DNA of 64,000 nucleotides from Acidobacteriota bacterium (GTDB lineage Bacteria; Acidobacteriota; Polarisedimenticolia; J045): NCBI GenBank assembly GCA_031395565.1, contig JANNUT010000137.1, positions 11,252 to 75,251 of the forward strand, read 5' to 3'. Shown piece by piece: positions 55,901 to 64,000 of this stretch (position 1 is its first letter; each line of letters starts with the position of its first letter). The notes under the pieces were generated by a model. It saw only the letters and a program-made list of their open reading frames with translations, ran no database searches and was not told where the DNA came from. The position numbers and the translations under genes were made by a program.

Positions 55901-56065
55901 GCGATCAAGCTCGCAGAGAGCTGCTTTGACAGCAGCGTGCGCACGAAGCTAACGCGCTATCCGCTGGCTCGCGAGTCCGCGCGACTCGTGGCGGAACTGC
56001 AAGAGAAGCTCGGGAACGCAGCGGCCGCGGCGGCATGGAAGAAGAAACAGGCGGCGCATTCTTAG
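52952..56065 (+). CDS. Membrane-spanning Ser/Thr protein kinase with extended C-terminal TPR (TPR_10/12-like) array
   Basis: IGRYRILRKLGEGGMGVVYEA...VAVKVVK, HRDLKPSNIIV (53481-), ILDFGLAR, LAYMSPEQ. TM helix ALVGLMLALLVVFAVGMSF, then about 12 TPR-like units. Confidence 0.88.
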   Translation: MSPSEDETRHRYPLPPSDPPNTGDADETRLHTGPGATPGPSTHPLPKTIGRYRILRKLGEGGMGVVYEAEQENPQRKVAVKVVKGGRMIDQSQVRMFQREVDTLARLSHPDIGGIFESGCTEDGLHFFAMELIYGKTLDVYLNDRTAPLDAAEIRFRLTLFHKIADAVHYAHQRGVIHRDLKPSNIIVTEAGGTRENSGSLAALPVIQLPGIKILDFGLARITEGDIDNASMATEVGVIKGTLAYMSPEQAVGRSEEIDVRTDVYALGIILFEMLSGQRPYDVSQRSLPDAIRVIAETRPQSLRAANSKLASLDADIETIVQKALEKEVDRRYDSAAELSGDVVRYLTSQPILARPPSTVYQLRKLVSRHRVPAALVGLMLALLVVFAVGMSFLYNRASTAEHKATREAKTATQALKFMTGMFEGVDPSHALGNVITAREVLDRGAKQVKEELAAEPEIRSSLMVTMGQVYGSLGLDSVAKPLLDEALARRRELFGDADERTLESAAALAKNLLQLGDFLKATTLMESSLSPFDRKKGAKSQFELAARTTLADCYRNLGRREDAKRVYLETLAEQRATLGNEDSDTLRTITNLSIVYADKGEYPEAEKLNQEVLAVQVAKHGQDHPETLAAKVDLALLYSEQGRFDDARKLLQETIASCTRVAGPEHRDTLVALGNYSVLLQSEGKFDDAMKVNDKVLEIQTRTLGPRHPATLLTKNNRVGLLQAKEQYKEADALVHELYEDVSQVLGPDHTTTLLLANNKAMSEFHLGRYEEAERQLKALYETYLRLYGNDSPWTANVHENYANALYRLGRIDEVLTIVRDVLDVRTRALGESHPATSRTRSNLAVVLKSQGKFEESQKILESELKLQLGIVGPDHVDVGSVRLSLASALIGQKRYDEALVHLREALRIQRKAFNQREGPVAATLKELAVTLWRARQLPEAEKTIDESLAIRREKLGNDDPDTLSSLYSQAQIVAAAGRNEEAIKLAESCFDSSVRTKLTRYPLARESARLVAELQEKLGNAAAAAAWKKKQAAHS

Positions 56066-56079
56066 CCAGCGACCGCGCA

Positions 56080-57642
56080 TCAGCGCGGGAGCGTGTTGTC
56101 GATCCAAACGCCAACGGCCGGCGAGGAAAGCTCTACCGTTCCGGCGATTTCGCCGGAGTGAAGATCGATCACGACAACCTTTGTCCTCGTCGGAATCCAA
56201 GCGCGGTGGCGCGCTAGATCGTAGGCGACGGACCCACGAAAGAGCCCTTGGTCAAGATCGTTGGCGCGATCGATCAGGTTGGTCGACGTATTGAGTCGCA
56301 TCAGGTGTGTCCGTGACTCGATCCAGAGGTTCGGATCGCCGTCGGCGCGTGTCAGCCGGGATGCGCCGCCGCCGGCAGGGATGAAGTCGACGACATCGTG
56401 CTTGGCAGTATCGAAAACAGAAACGTCGTTGGTGAAGAGATTCAAGGCGTACAGATACGTGCCGCTCGGCGCGAGCGACATCGACGTAGTACCTGCTTCT
56501 GCGAAGGAGAACGGAGTCGAAGCCACGACGCTGGCCGGCGCACGACCGCCTGTCAGGATCGCCAACAGTCCAAAACCGATGCCTTTACCGGCCTTTACTC
56601 CTGCTCTTCCTGTCGCGTGCTCAACGACGACGTGGCCGTCGTTCATGGCGAGCTCTGCGATATGCGAGCCAGTCACTGTGCTGACGAACATCCGTTGATG
56701 GTCGATGTCGAAGACGAGGGATGCAGGATCAAACCCGATCAGCCACGTGTCATTCACGGAAAGGCCGTCATCTGTTAGCGCCAGCACAGCGCCCTTGGCG
56801 AGCAAGTAGCCGGTACCGTCAGGTCCCGTCACGAGCGCGGTCGCGCGCGCTTGTAGCGTGACCGTCGCGGTGATCGCACTTCCTCGTAGTACGGTCAGTC
56901 GCCCCTTGTTTTGCTCGTCGACGGCACCAAGCACGTAGGTGAGAGTGCGTTTCGAGTCGAAGGCAACCGACGGTGCGCCGCGGCCTGCGTCGTAGCGCGC
57001 AATCTCTGCGCCGGTGCTCGCGTCGAGTATGTGTAGATTCCCGGGCTCCCCGCGGGGCCGCTTGTGCTTCTTTCCTTGGCACAGCGCGAAGAGCAGAGTC
57101 CCGTCCGGGGAGAGCCGCATCGATTTCAGGCGCTCGATGCTCGCGAACTCGCCCAGCGGCTTTCGTGTCGCTAGGTCGAATGCTGCGATCGAGCTTGTCT
57201 TTGCTCGCGTAGGTATGCTGGCGGCATACAAGCGCGTGCTGTTCGAATCGATCAGGTACTCGATCGGTGGCTTGCCGACCTCCCCAATCAGCATCGTGTC
57301 GAATGTGCGCGTGCCGATGCCCCACAACGTCCAAGGCTTTCCCCAAAAGAGATTCCCGCCGAACAGATACAAGACGGTTCCGCTCGCATCGAAGCGCAGC
57401 GGCCGAGGCATCGCGTCGAGGCTCGCGCTGCCAATCACAGCGAGCGTGTCGGGGTCGACAAAGGTTGCCTTCGCGGGCTCCGCGTCGTGGCGCGCCTCCA
57501 CGACCACGACAGGAAGGTCTCCGCCGGGCGCTGACCGGCCAGCGGCCAGCGCGCAGAACAGCATCAAGGCGATCGAACTATGGGCAGACATAGCTGCGCT
57601 CGACGCCGTCGCCTTCAGTTGGACCTTCGGCCGTGAACACAA
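56080..57642 (-). CDS. Secreted YVTN/YncE-like beta-propeller repeat protein
   Basis: 520-aa ORF with signal peptide (alternative start 57591: MSAHSSIALMLFCALAAG). Repeats such as RLYAASIP..SSIAAFDLATRK, LFALCQG...LHILDASTGAEI and YLYALNLFTNDVSVFDTAKHDVV. Confidence 0.65.
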   Translation of the reverse strand: MCSRPKVQLKATASSAAMSAHSSIALMLFCALAAGRSAPGGDLPVVVVEARHDAEPAKATFVDPDTLAVIGSASLDAMPRPLRFDASGTVLYLFGGNLFWGKPWTLWGIGTRTFDTMLIGEVGKPPIEYLIDSNSTRLYAASIPTRAKTSSIAAFDLATRKPLGEFASIERLKSMRLSPDGTLLFALCQGKKHKRPRGEPGNLHILDASTGAEIARYDAGRGAPSVAFDSKRTLTYVLGAVDEQNKGRLTVLRGSAITATVTLQARATALVTGPDGTGYLLAKGAVLALTDDGLSVNDTWLIGFDPASLVFDIDHQRMFVSTVTGSHIAELAMNDGHVVVEHATGRAGVKAGKGIGFGLLAILTGGRAPASVVASTPFSFAEAGTTSMSLAPSGTYLYALNLFTNDVSVFDTAKHDVVDFIPAGGGASRLTRADGDPNLWIESRTHLMRLNTSTNLIDRANDLDQGLFRGSVAYDLARHRAWIPTRTKVVVIDLHSGEIAGTVELSSPAVGVWIDNTLPR

Positions 57643-57789
57643 GCAAAACCATAGACAGGCTCGACGCTGGCTCAGCGTTACGCCCCTATGCGACAGGGGT
57701 CAACTGAGCGCCGTCAACTACCGCACTAGACTTTGTGCTTCGCGGAACGCCCAGAAGAGCGATCATCCGCGACAAAGGAGGAGACGGCG

Positions 57790-58398
57790 ATGCGTTTGAA
57801 TGTGGCAGTCCGGTTCGGCGTGGCAGCACTCGCACTTCTCGTATCGGCAAGTCTTGCAACGCGCGCCGAGGACGCGCGCCCACTGATTAGCCACCTCGAT
57901 CAGGAGTTGCACCGCCTGGTGATCGTCTCACCCGAGACAGGCAACGTTTATCTGTACGCCGTCAACAGCGACGATCTCAAGCTGCTGGCCTTTCGCAACA
58001 TGACGACCGACCGAGACTCGGCAAAGAAGCCGGAGCCACAAACGGCGGCAGTGCCGGCCAAGCTCCCCGATGCCGATGTCCCTGGTCAGGACCTTGCCGA
58101 CGTACCGCGGCCGGTCGCGTCGCGTCGCGTCGCCGTTATCATGCGTGATAACTCCGATAGTTCGTCTGTTGATCTGAGCTACCAATCGCTGGAACCGCTG
58201 GTCAAACTCTACGATCAACTGATCGCAGGGTTCGCTAGCTGGAAGATCACCAGTCGACAGTTCGACACCCGGTGGGAACCGAAGGCCACTATCGAGGCGC
58301 GTCGTGGAGCCGTGAGCGTGTCGATATTTCTTGGGTCTAATCGAAGTGGTGTCACCGACGTCAGGATCAATCGAACCGAGAAGAACGTCGGCAACTAA
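57790..58398 (+). CDS. Secreted hypothetical protein
   Basis: ATG at 57790 with AGGAGG upstream; signal peptide MRLNVAVRFGVAALALLVSASLATRA. No family recognised. Confidence 0.5.
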   Translation: MRLNVAVRFGVAALALLVSASLATRAEDARPLISHLDQELHRLVIVSPETGNVYLYAVNSDDLKLLAFRNMTTDRDSAKKPEPQTAAVPAKLPDADVPGQDLADVPRPVASRRVAVIMRDNSDSSSVDLSYQSLEPLVKLYDQLIAGFASWKITSRQFDTRWEPKATIEARRGAVSVSIFLGSNRSGVTDVRINRTEKNVGN

Positions 58399-58705
58399 CC
58401 GGACCTGCCGGAGGCGAGCCGCCAAACACTCGCGAACGAGCCATCCAACGGCCCGCTCTTGCCAGCCGCGGCCCGCTCAGGCTGGCCACGAAGCCAGTTT
58501 TCGCTCAAAACGGTGACGCCCGGGGCCACCCGACGCCGTATCCTCTTGTGTCCTTTCCGATTTCGCAGAAATCGGCGGATGAGGCTGTCCGGGCTGGGTG
58601 CCTCTAGTGAGCGGTTTGCCAGGCGAAGCGGGAGAGCTTCCCCTGCCAATGCCGCGGCACTGTTGGATCGGCTCCGGACTCGTGTGACCGGAGGTTTAGC
58701 TCCCC

Positions 58706-61700
58706 ATGACACTGTCTTCGTTCTTCAATCCGGCCGGCAAATCGGGATCCCGCATGGGCTCGATCATCGACTACCTCGAGCATTGGGCGCAGATCCAGCC
58801 CGACAAGTGCGTCTTCAGCTTTCTCGACCAGGACGGGAAGGAGCGAGACAACTACACCTACCTCGCCTTCCACGAGCGGACTCGACACCTTGCCGCTCAT
58901 CTTGCGGGCGACGTGGGGTTGAAGCTGGGTGACCGTGTTTTGTTGGTCTATCCGCCCGGACTCGAGTTGATCGTCGCGTTCTTCGCCTGCGCTCGCATTG
59001 GCGCCATTCCGGTGCCGGTCTATCCGCCGACGCCGATGAGTTTCGAGGCCGGCCTCTCGAAGCTGGCGTTCATCGCTCACGACTGCAACGCCAAGGCGGC
59101 GCTCACGACGCGCGGCTTCTTGCGCTCTTATCAACTTCTGCTCGCCAAGCGGCGCATTACGTCGCTGTGGTTGAGTGGTCCCGAACTTCCCAAGCTCGAT
59201 TGGGTCACCACCGACGATGTACGCGGCCTCGCGCCCGACAGCTTTGGCAATAACTGCGGCGAAACGCTCTTCTTGCAGTACACGTCTGGTTCGACCAGCG
59301 ACCCGAAGGGCGTGATCGTCACTCACGACAACGTCATTCACAACTGTGGAAGTACGCTCGATCACGTGCCGATTTGTGTCTCTTGGCTGCCGCAGTATCA
59401 CGACATGGGGCTGATCGGGTATTACCTCTTCCCGCTGCTCACCGGTGGAACGACCTACGGATTTTCTCCACTCAACTTCCTCAAGCGGCCCGCGCTGTGG
59501 CTGCAAATGATCAGTAGAGTCAAAGCGACCTACACGTCCTCGCCCAACTTCGGCTACGAATACTGCCTGCGAGAAGACAAGCTGTCGCTGGAGCAACTCG
59601 AGGGTGTCGACCTCAGCTCCGTGCGCGTCATGATGAACGCCGCCGAGCCGGTTCGTTCCGAAACGTACACGCGTTTCTTCGATCGATTTGCGCCCTTTGG
59701 GCTTCGTCCCGAAAGCTATGTCGTTGCCTACGGTCTTGCCGAAAACACACTCGCGGTGACTCACCACGGACGGCAAATCGTCACCGTCAACAAATCGCAA
59801 CTGCAGCAGCGCGCGCTACACCTCGAAAACGGTCAGCCCAAAAACAACAATCAGTTGCAAATCGTCAGCTGTGGCCAGCCGTTGGATGGCGTGGACGTTC
59901 GAATCGCCAATCCAGAAACCCGGGCAGTCTTGGGCGAGAAGCAGATCGGTGAGATTTGGATTGGTGGCCGAAGCGTCTGCGCTGGTTACTGGAACCGGCC
60001 TGAATTGAGCAACGAGGTTTTTGGCGGCACGCTTGCGAACGACCCGGAAAATCGCAGCAAGTATCTTCGGACGGGCGACCTTGGCTTTTACTACGAGGGT
60101 GAGGTTTTCGTTTGTGGCCGCATCAAGGATCTGATCATCATTCACGGTGTCAACTACTACCCACAGGACATCGAAGCGATCGTCGAAGCCTCGTCGCGCA
60201 AGATTCGTAAGGGCGGTGTGGTGGCATTCGATGTCGATGAAGGGGGTGAGGCGCTCGTGGTCGTTGCTGAAATTCGCAGCGCCGAGGACCAGCCCGACCC
60301 GATCGAAATTCTTCGAGCGATTCGCACGCAGTATTACGTCGAGCCGCAGAAGCTCGTCTTCGTGCCGCACGGTGCCATCGCCAAGACGACGTCGGGCAAG
60401 CTCGCGCGTCGACGCACGCGTGAGCGCTGGCTTGCCAGCGAGATGCCGGTCATCGCGACTTTCACGTCCACCAAGCGACCCGATCCGGGTGCGGACGTCA
60501 CCGGTCTGCGAGAGCGCTTCCAGTATCTCGTCGAGCTGTACAGCCTTACCGGTCGAGAAGAATTCACCTTCGCTGAAATCGGCATCGATTCGTTGACGCT
60601 GGTTCAACTACTCGACGACATCAAGCAGCTACTCGTGGAGCATGGCGCAGGCTCGCTGGTGAAGGAAGTCGACGTACGGTTGCTCCAGCGGCTAACAGTA
60701 GCCGAGTTCTTCTCGTTGCTCGATCAGTTTGAAAAGGCCTCGGACGAGCCGTTGCTGGCACTCAAATACGTGCTGCGGCGGGTCCAAGCCGAGCATGAGA
60801 GCTACGAGCGCGACTGCATGAAGTCCGACGCCGAGTTGGAGCTTGGCCGCGTCGAGATGCCGGCGAACCAAGCTGCTGTCCACAACGTGCTGCTCACTGG
60901 CGCGACCGGGTTTTTTGGCCCGTTTCTGCTCAACAGCCTGCTGCAGGAAACGCCTTACACCTATTTCATCTTGACGCGCTCCACCGATCCAGTTCACGGC
61001 CTGGACCGCATTCGAGCCGGACTGCGTCGCGCGAATCTTTGGACGCCGGCACTCGACGAGCAACTCGAGAAGCGAGTGCGCATTTATTGCGGCGACCTCG
61101 CGCGGCACAACTTGGGGCTGCGCTCCGAGCATTGGAAGACGCTCACGACGCAGGTCCAAGCGATCTGCCACAACGCCGCTTTGGTGAACTACGTCCTGAA
61201 CTACGACGCGCTGCGGCCACACAACGTGGACGGCACGCGCGAGCTGCTGCGCTTTGCAGCGACCGGCGTGCCAAAGGAATTCCACCTGATTTCCAGCACT
61301 TTCATCCACGGCTGGACGGTGAAAAACACACTGCTTGAAACCGACCACAACGCCGAGATGAAAAATCTCGACTTTGGTTACTCGCAAAGCAAGTGGGTCG
61401 CCGAACAACTGGTCTACGCCGCGGGCAAACAGGGGCTCAAAGTGCGGGTCTACCGGCCGTCGCTCATTTCCGCTTCGGCGGACGGGATCGGCGGGCGCGA
61501 CGACATTGCGGTGCGGCTGTTGGCGTTCATGATTCGGCACGGTGTGGCCGTCAAGGCGAAAAACCAGATTAGCTTCCTGCCTGTAGATGTTGCCGCGCAC
61601 AACATTGCGGCGATCTTCAAGCAACGCCAGACCAAGGCGATTACGTTCCACGTGACCGTCGATGACTACTACAACATGATGGACGTGACGCGCGTGATCA

Positions 61701-62053
61701 CGCGGGACTACGGCTATTCGTTCGAGTACTACGACATCCCCGAGTTCGTCGAGCAAATGAACCAACGCTGTACACGCGAGGATCTGCTTTATCCGCTGGT
61801 GGACTTCTTCAATTCCTCGCACCCCAAGATCGCTGCCATGCAACACAAGCGGTACAACAACGACGAGTACCGTCGTGCCCGCGCAGAGTCGGGCAGCGAA
61901 CGCCGCGATCCGTCGCTCGACAACACGGTCTCTTACCTCATGAAGTTCATGCTCAAGGACGGGATCATTTCGGAAAAGATCCGGCGCAGTGGATCGGACG
62001 TAGCTGCCGATCTACCGTCACAAACTCAGGACGCGAAGCGGAAGGCCAAATAA
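58706..62053 (+). CDS. FAAL-type adenylating enzyme - carrier protein - terminal thioester reductase (NRPS-like carboxylate/acyl reductase)
   Basis: 1115-aa ORF. FLQYTSGSTSDPKGVIVTHDNV (59279-), AYGLAENT, YLRTGDLGF, KTTSGKLARRR, carrier motif EIGIDSLTLVQL (60581-), VLLTGATGFFGPFLL (60890-) and YSQSKWVAE (SDR Y..xK). Alternative start at 58754 (MGSIIDYLEHW). Confidence 0.88.
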   Translation: MTLSSFFNPAGKSGSRMGSIIDYLEHWAQIQPDKCVFSFLDQDGKERDNYTYLAFHERTRHLAAHLAGDVGLKLGDRVLLVYPPGLELIVAFFACARIGAIPVPVYPPTPMSFEAGLSKLAFIAHDCNAKAALTTRGFLRSYQLLLAKRRITSLWLSGPELPKLDWVTTDDVRGLAPDSFGNNCGETLFLQYTSGSTSDPKGVIVTHDNVIHNCGSTLDHVPICVSWLPQYHDMGLIGYYLFPLLTGGTTYGFSPLNFLKRPALWLQMISRVKATYTSSPNFGYEYCLREDKLSLEQLEGVDLSSVRVMMNAAEPVRSETYTRFFDRFAPFGLRPESYVVAYGLAENTLAVTHHGRQIVTVNKSQLQQRALHLENGQPKNNNQLQIVSCGQPLDGVDVRIANPETRAVLGEKQIGEIWIGGRSVCAGYWNRPELSNEVFGGTLANDPENRSKYLRTGDLGFYYEGEVFVCGRIKDLIIIHGVNYYPQDIEAIVEASSRKIRKGGVVAFDVDEGGEALVVVAEIRSAEDQPDPIEILRAIRTQYYVEPQKLVFVPHGAIAKTTSGKLARRRTRERWLASEMPVIATFTSTKRPDPGADVTGLRERFQYLVELYSLTGREEFTFAEIGIDSLTLVQLLDDIKQLLVEHGAGSLVKEVDVRLLQRLTVAEFFSLLDQFEKASDEPLLALKYVLRRVQAEHESYERDCMKSDAELELGRVEMPANQAAVHNVLLTGATGFFGPFLLNSLLQETPYTYFILTRSTDPVHGLDRIRAGLRRANLWTPALDEQLEKRVRIYCGDLARHNLGLRSEHWKTLTTQVQAICHNAALVNYVLNYDALRPHNVDGTRELLRFAATGVPKEFHLISSTFIHGWTVKNTLLETDHNAEMKNLDFGYSQSKWVAEQLVYAAGKQGLKVRVYRPSLISASADGIGGRDDIAVRLLAFMIRHGVAVKAKNQISFLPVDVAAHNIAAIFKQRQTKAITFHVTVDDYYNMMDVTRVITRDYGYSFEYYDIPEFVEQMNQRCTREDLLYPLVDFFNSSHPKIAAMQHKRYNNDEYRRARAESGSERRDPSLDNTVSYLMKFMLKDGIISEKIRRSGSDVAADLPSQTQDAKRKAK

Positions 62054-62769
62054 AACCCGACGTACGTAAGAGCCAGTAGCACGACATACAGCGTGACGGC
62101 GCGCCACGAACTTGCCGGATCGGTTCCTGGTGGTGGTCGATAGGGGCGCAACGTAAACGCTTGCACGATGGCCGCGAGCGCCACCCCGCCAATTCCGTCG
62201 AGCACGAAATGCTGTTTGACCGTCGTGATCGAAACGCCCACCAGTGCGACGCCGATCCCCGTCACGAGGCCGTAGCGCCAGTCGGCCTTCCAGACCGAAA
62301 TCGTTGCCAGAGCCGCGATCGAAAGATGCAGCGACGGAAAGAGGTTGTACGGCGGATCGAGGACATACAACAGCGCCACCGCCCATTCGGAAAGGCGCGT
62401 CACGTCGAGGTCGTAGGTGCTGACCCGCAAATGCAGCGACGTCACGGGAAAGGCCACGAAGCAGACATAGGAGACCGTCATGACGATCACGTACGCCAAG
62501 ATCGTTCGCCGAAAAAGATAGCGGCATCGCACCAAGAACACCGGGATTACTGACGCCGGAAAGACCCACAGATAAATCCAGACGGTCGCAGGTAGAAACG
62601 GGATTTGCGCGTCGAGCGGGGTCATCAGTTCGCGGGCACGGCTGGGATCGGTCGAATGGCCAACCCAAAAGTAGCCGACCACGAACAGCGCGATGGCACT
62701 GGCCGTCAGGACGGCTTTCTCGATGGCGGCGCCTCGCCGGTCGGCTACTTCGAAGTTACGTCCACCCAT
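62026..62769 (-). CDS. PAP2-superfamily integral membrane protein (PAP2_C / sphingomyelin-synthase/AUR1-like)
   Basis: 247-aa ORF with about 6 TM helices. FPSLHLSIAALA and TTVKQHFVLDGIGG match the PSxH and SR...H...D-type C2/C3 motifs of PAP2. The 3' end overlaps the FAAL-R gene by 28 nt (convergent). Confidence 0.6.
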   Translation of the reverse strand: MGGRNFEVADRRGAAIEKAVLTASAIALFVVGYFWVGHSTDPSRARELMTPLDAQIPFLPATVWIYLWVFPASVIPVFLVRCRYLFRRTILAYVIVMTVSYVCFVAFPVTSLHLRVSTYDLDVTRLSEWAVALLYVLDPPYNLFPSLHLSIAALATISVWKADWRYGLVTGIGVALVGVSITTVKQHFVLDGIGGVALAAIVQAFTLRPYRPPPGTDPASSWRAVTLYVVLLALTYVGFYLAFRFAS

Positions 62770-62898
62770 CCCGAACCTCCCGGCGACATTGTGTCAGCAG
62801 TCGCGGCTCAATCGCGAGAGTGCCGCAGTGCCACGGAACGATTCGCGCTTTGGTATCCTGCGGGCCGTTCGATCGATCGGAGTCACAGGGAGGATCGC

Positions 62899-63888
62899 GT
62901 GAGTCTCGCTGGAAAGGTCGCCCTCGTTACCGGGGCCAGCCGCGGCGTTGGGCGTGGGGTTGCCCATGGCCTGGGCGAGGCGGGGGCGACTGTCTACGTC
63001 ACTGCGAGAACGGTGGCGGCCACCTCTGACCCTGCGCCCGGTACGATCGAGCGCACCGCGCAGGAGATCAACGAACGCGGCGGCCGAGGCATTGCGGTTC
63101 GCTGCGACCACAGCCGCGATGCGGAGATTGCCCTGTTATTCGAACGGATCGAGAGGGAATCGGGCCGCCTGGACATCCTGGTAAACAACGTGCACTCCGG
63201 CGTGCACGACATTGCTGACAGCGTGCATCAACGTTTTTGGGAGATCGAGCCCGACTACTGGGATCGCATGAACCACGTCGGCCTGCGCGGTCACTACGTT
63301 GCGTCGGTCTATGCGTCGCGACTGATGGTGCGTCAGCACTCCGGGCTCATTCTCAACATCTCGTCGTTCGGAGCCATTGCCTACCTTTTCAACATTGCCT
63401 ACGGCGTCGGCAAGTCGGCGCTCGATCGCTTGACGTCCGACATGGCGACCGAGCTGAGGCCTGAAGGGGTGGCCGTCATATCGCTGTGGCCCGGCCTCGT
63501 TCGAACTGAACTGACGGCGTCGTTGATGGAGGACGCGAGCCCCGGCTATCGTCGCGTCTTCGATGCGTATTCAGAGTCGCCGCTGTTGACAGGAAGAGCG
63601 GCCGCGGCGCTGGCTGCTGACCCGCGAGTCCTTCGAAAAACCGGCAAGGTCCAAATCGCGGCCGAGGTGATGCGGCGGCACTCATTGCTCGACGAAACCG
63701 GCCGGCGCCCACTCTCGCCGCGGAGCTTTCGCACCTTCGCGAACGCTGCGTTGCCTGGTCGATGGCAGCGCCTCAGCGCACTCGTGCCGCCGGGGAACTT
63801 TCCGTTGGCGATGGTTGGGCCGGTCCTCGAACTGTTCTCTGGAATCCTCAAGAAAAAGGGTGGATTCCGGCGCAGCCCCACACCTTAA
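62899..63888 (+). CDS. Short-chain dehydrogenase/reductase (SDR)
   Basis: GTG at 62899 preceded by GGGAGGA. LAGKVALVTGASRGVGRGVA (TGxxxGxG), NNV and AYGVGKSAL (YxxxK). The upstream part of the listed ORF (62605-) lies antisense to the PAP2 gene and is not credible as coding sequence. Confidence 0.8.
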   Translation: MSLAGKVALVTGASRGVGRGVAHGLGEAGATVYVTARTVAATSDPAPGTIERTAQEINERGGRGIAVRCDHSRDAEIALLFERIERESGRLDILVNNVHSGVHDIADSVHQRFWEIEPDYWDRMNHVGLRGHYVASVYASRLMVRQHSGLILNISSFGAIAYLFNIAYGVGKSALDRLTSDMATELRPEGVAVISLWPGLVRTELTASLMEDASPGYRRVFDAYSESPLLTGRAAAALAADPRVLRKTGKVQIAAEVMRRHSLLDETGRRPLSPRSFRTFANAALPGRWQRLSALVPPGNFPLAMVGPVLELFSGILKKKGGFRRSPTP

Positions 63889-63941
63889 ACAGTCCAGTTC
63901 GCACGGCCCAATCGCCGTATCATGTCGACACATGCACCCGA

Positions 63942-64000
63942 TTCTCTTCCAGCTAGGACCACTCTCGATTCCGAGCTACGGGATCATTGCGGTGATCGCG
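63942..64000 (+). CDS. lgt: Prolipoprotein diacylglyceryl transferase, N-terminal 19 codons (continues beyond the right edge)
   Basis: ATG at 63942. MHPILFQLGPLSIPSYGIIAVIA closely resembles the Lgt N-terminus (e.g. ..[21 protein letters not shown].. in Bacillus). Confidence 0.55.

Noticed and set aside
57014-57799. 261-aa plus-strand ORF
   Set aside because: It is antisense to the 520-aa YVTN-type propeller gene, which shows a signal peptide and repeated propeller units.
58590-58700. Possible cobalamin riboswitch (..CGCGGCACTGT.. resembling the GCCACTG box, AGCGGGAGAG resembling AAGGGAA)
   Set aside because: Only two short, imperfect matches are present. I could not build the P3-P6 helices or a B12 box, and the genomic context (a fatty acyl reductase) gives no support.
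58604-61846. Minus-strand ORFs 58604-59800 (398 aa), 59816-60607 (263 aa) and 60692-61846 (384 aa)
   Set aside because: They are antisense to the FAAL-ACP-R gene, which has a continuous set of adenylation, carrier and reductase motifs. These are shadow ORFs.
62018-62668. 216-aa minus-strand ORF in a different frame from the PAP2 gene
   Set aside because: The 62026-62769 frame gives six hydrophobic helices and PAP2 motifs. This frame gives an Arg-rich non-membrane sequence.
1-64000. CRISPR arrays, rRNA, tRNA or long tandem DNA repeats
   Set aside because: Reading through all intergenic regions (9173-10885, 18547-18687, 23420-23509, 34483-34775, 37543-37660, 44390-44471, 49202-50985, 52256-52365, 57643-57789, 58399-58705) showed no regularly spaced direct repeats and no RNA-gene signatures. 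The duplications present are old, protein-level paralogies.

Overview
GC-rich bacterial chromosomal window, densely coding. Gene content (CRTAC1/ASPIC-UnbV protein, membrane Ser/Thr kinase with TPRs, many secreted beta-propellers, type I PKS) suggests Planctomycetota or Myxococcota, but this cannot be decided without a database search. I found no rRNA, tRNA or CRISPR array. There are five blocks. (1) 1-9.2 kb: the N-terminus of a type I PKS (KS-AT-ACP, running off the left edge), then a divergent CHAT-protease / caspase (C14) pair and an ABC1/UbiB-type kinase. (2) 9.2-18.5 kb: a decayed IS transposase relic, then an accessory block of secreted proteins arranged as paralogue pairs. One tandem pair carries what I read as a diphtheria-toxin/ExoA-like H-Y-E ADP-ribosyltransferase signature. 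A two-gene cassette is duplicated, and one copy has an in-frame TAA. (3) 18.7-34.5 kb: a compact orphan biosynthetic cluster. It holds a SAM methyltransferase, an Asp/Asn beta-hydroxylase-like cupin, a tryptophanase-like PLP domain fused to an adenylating enzyme, a cupin, an orphan ABC-2 permease, a single-module KS-AT-DH-KR-ACP PKS, and a frameshifted CRTAC1 protein with a thioredoxin tail. (4) 34.8-49.2 kb: a co-directional, translationally coupled cluster of extracytoplasmic proteins. It contains a DUF1111-type di-haem protein, a 1182-aa protein built as (degenerate nitrilase-like + di-haem cytochrome c peroxidase/MauG-like) x2, four glutaminyl-cyclase-like propellers, a TolB-like propeller, an SRPBCC protein and an MFS transporter. 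(5) 49.3-64 kb: a mobile-element graveyard (transposase N-terminal fragment, two group II intron RT fragments), then housekeeping or regulatory genes and a FAAL-ACP-thioester reductase / PAP2 / SDR lipid-type module, ending with the start of lgt. My top candidates for an undescribed system are the haem-peroxidase/propeller cluster and the secreted ART-like paralogue operon. All functional calls come from motifs read by eye; no HMM or BLAST search was possible.
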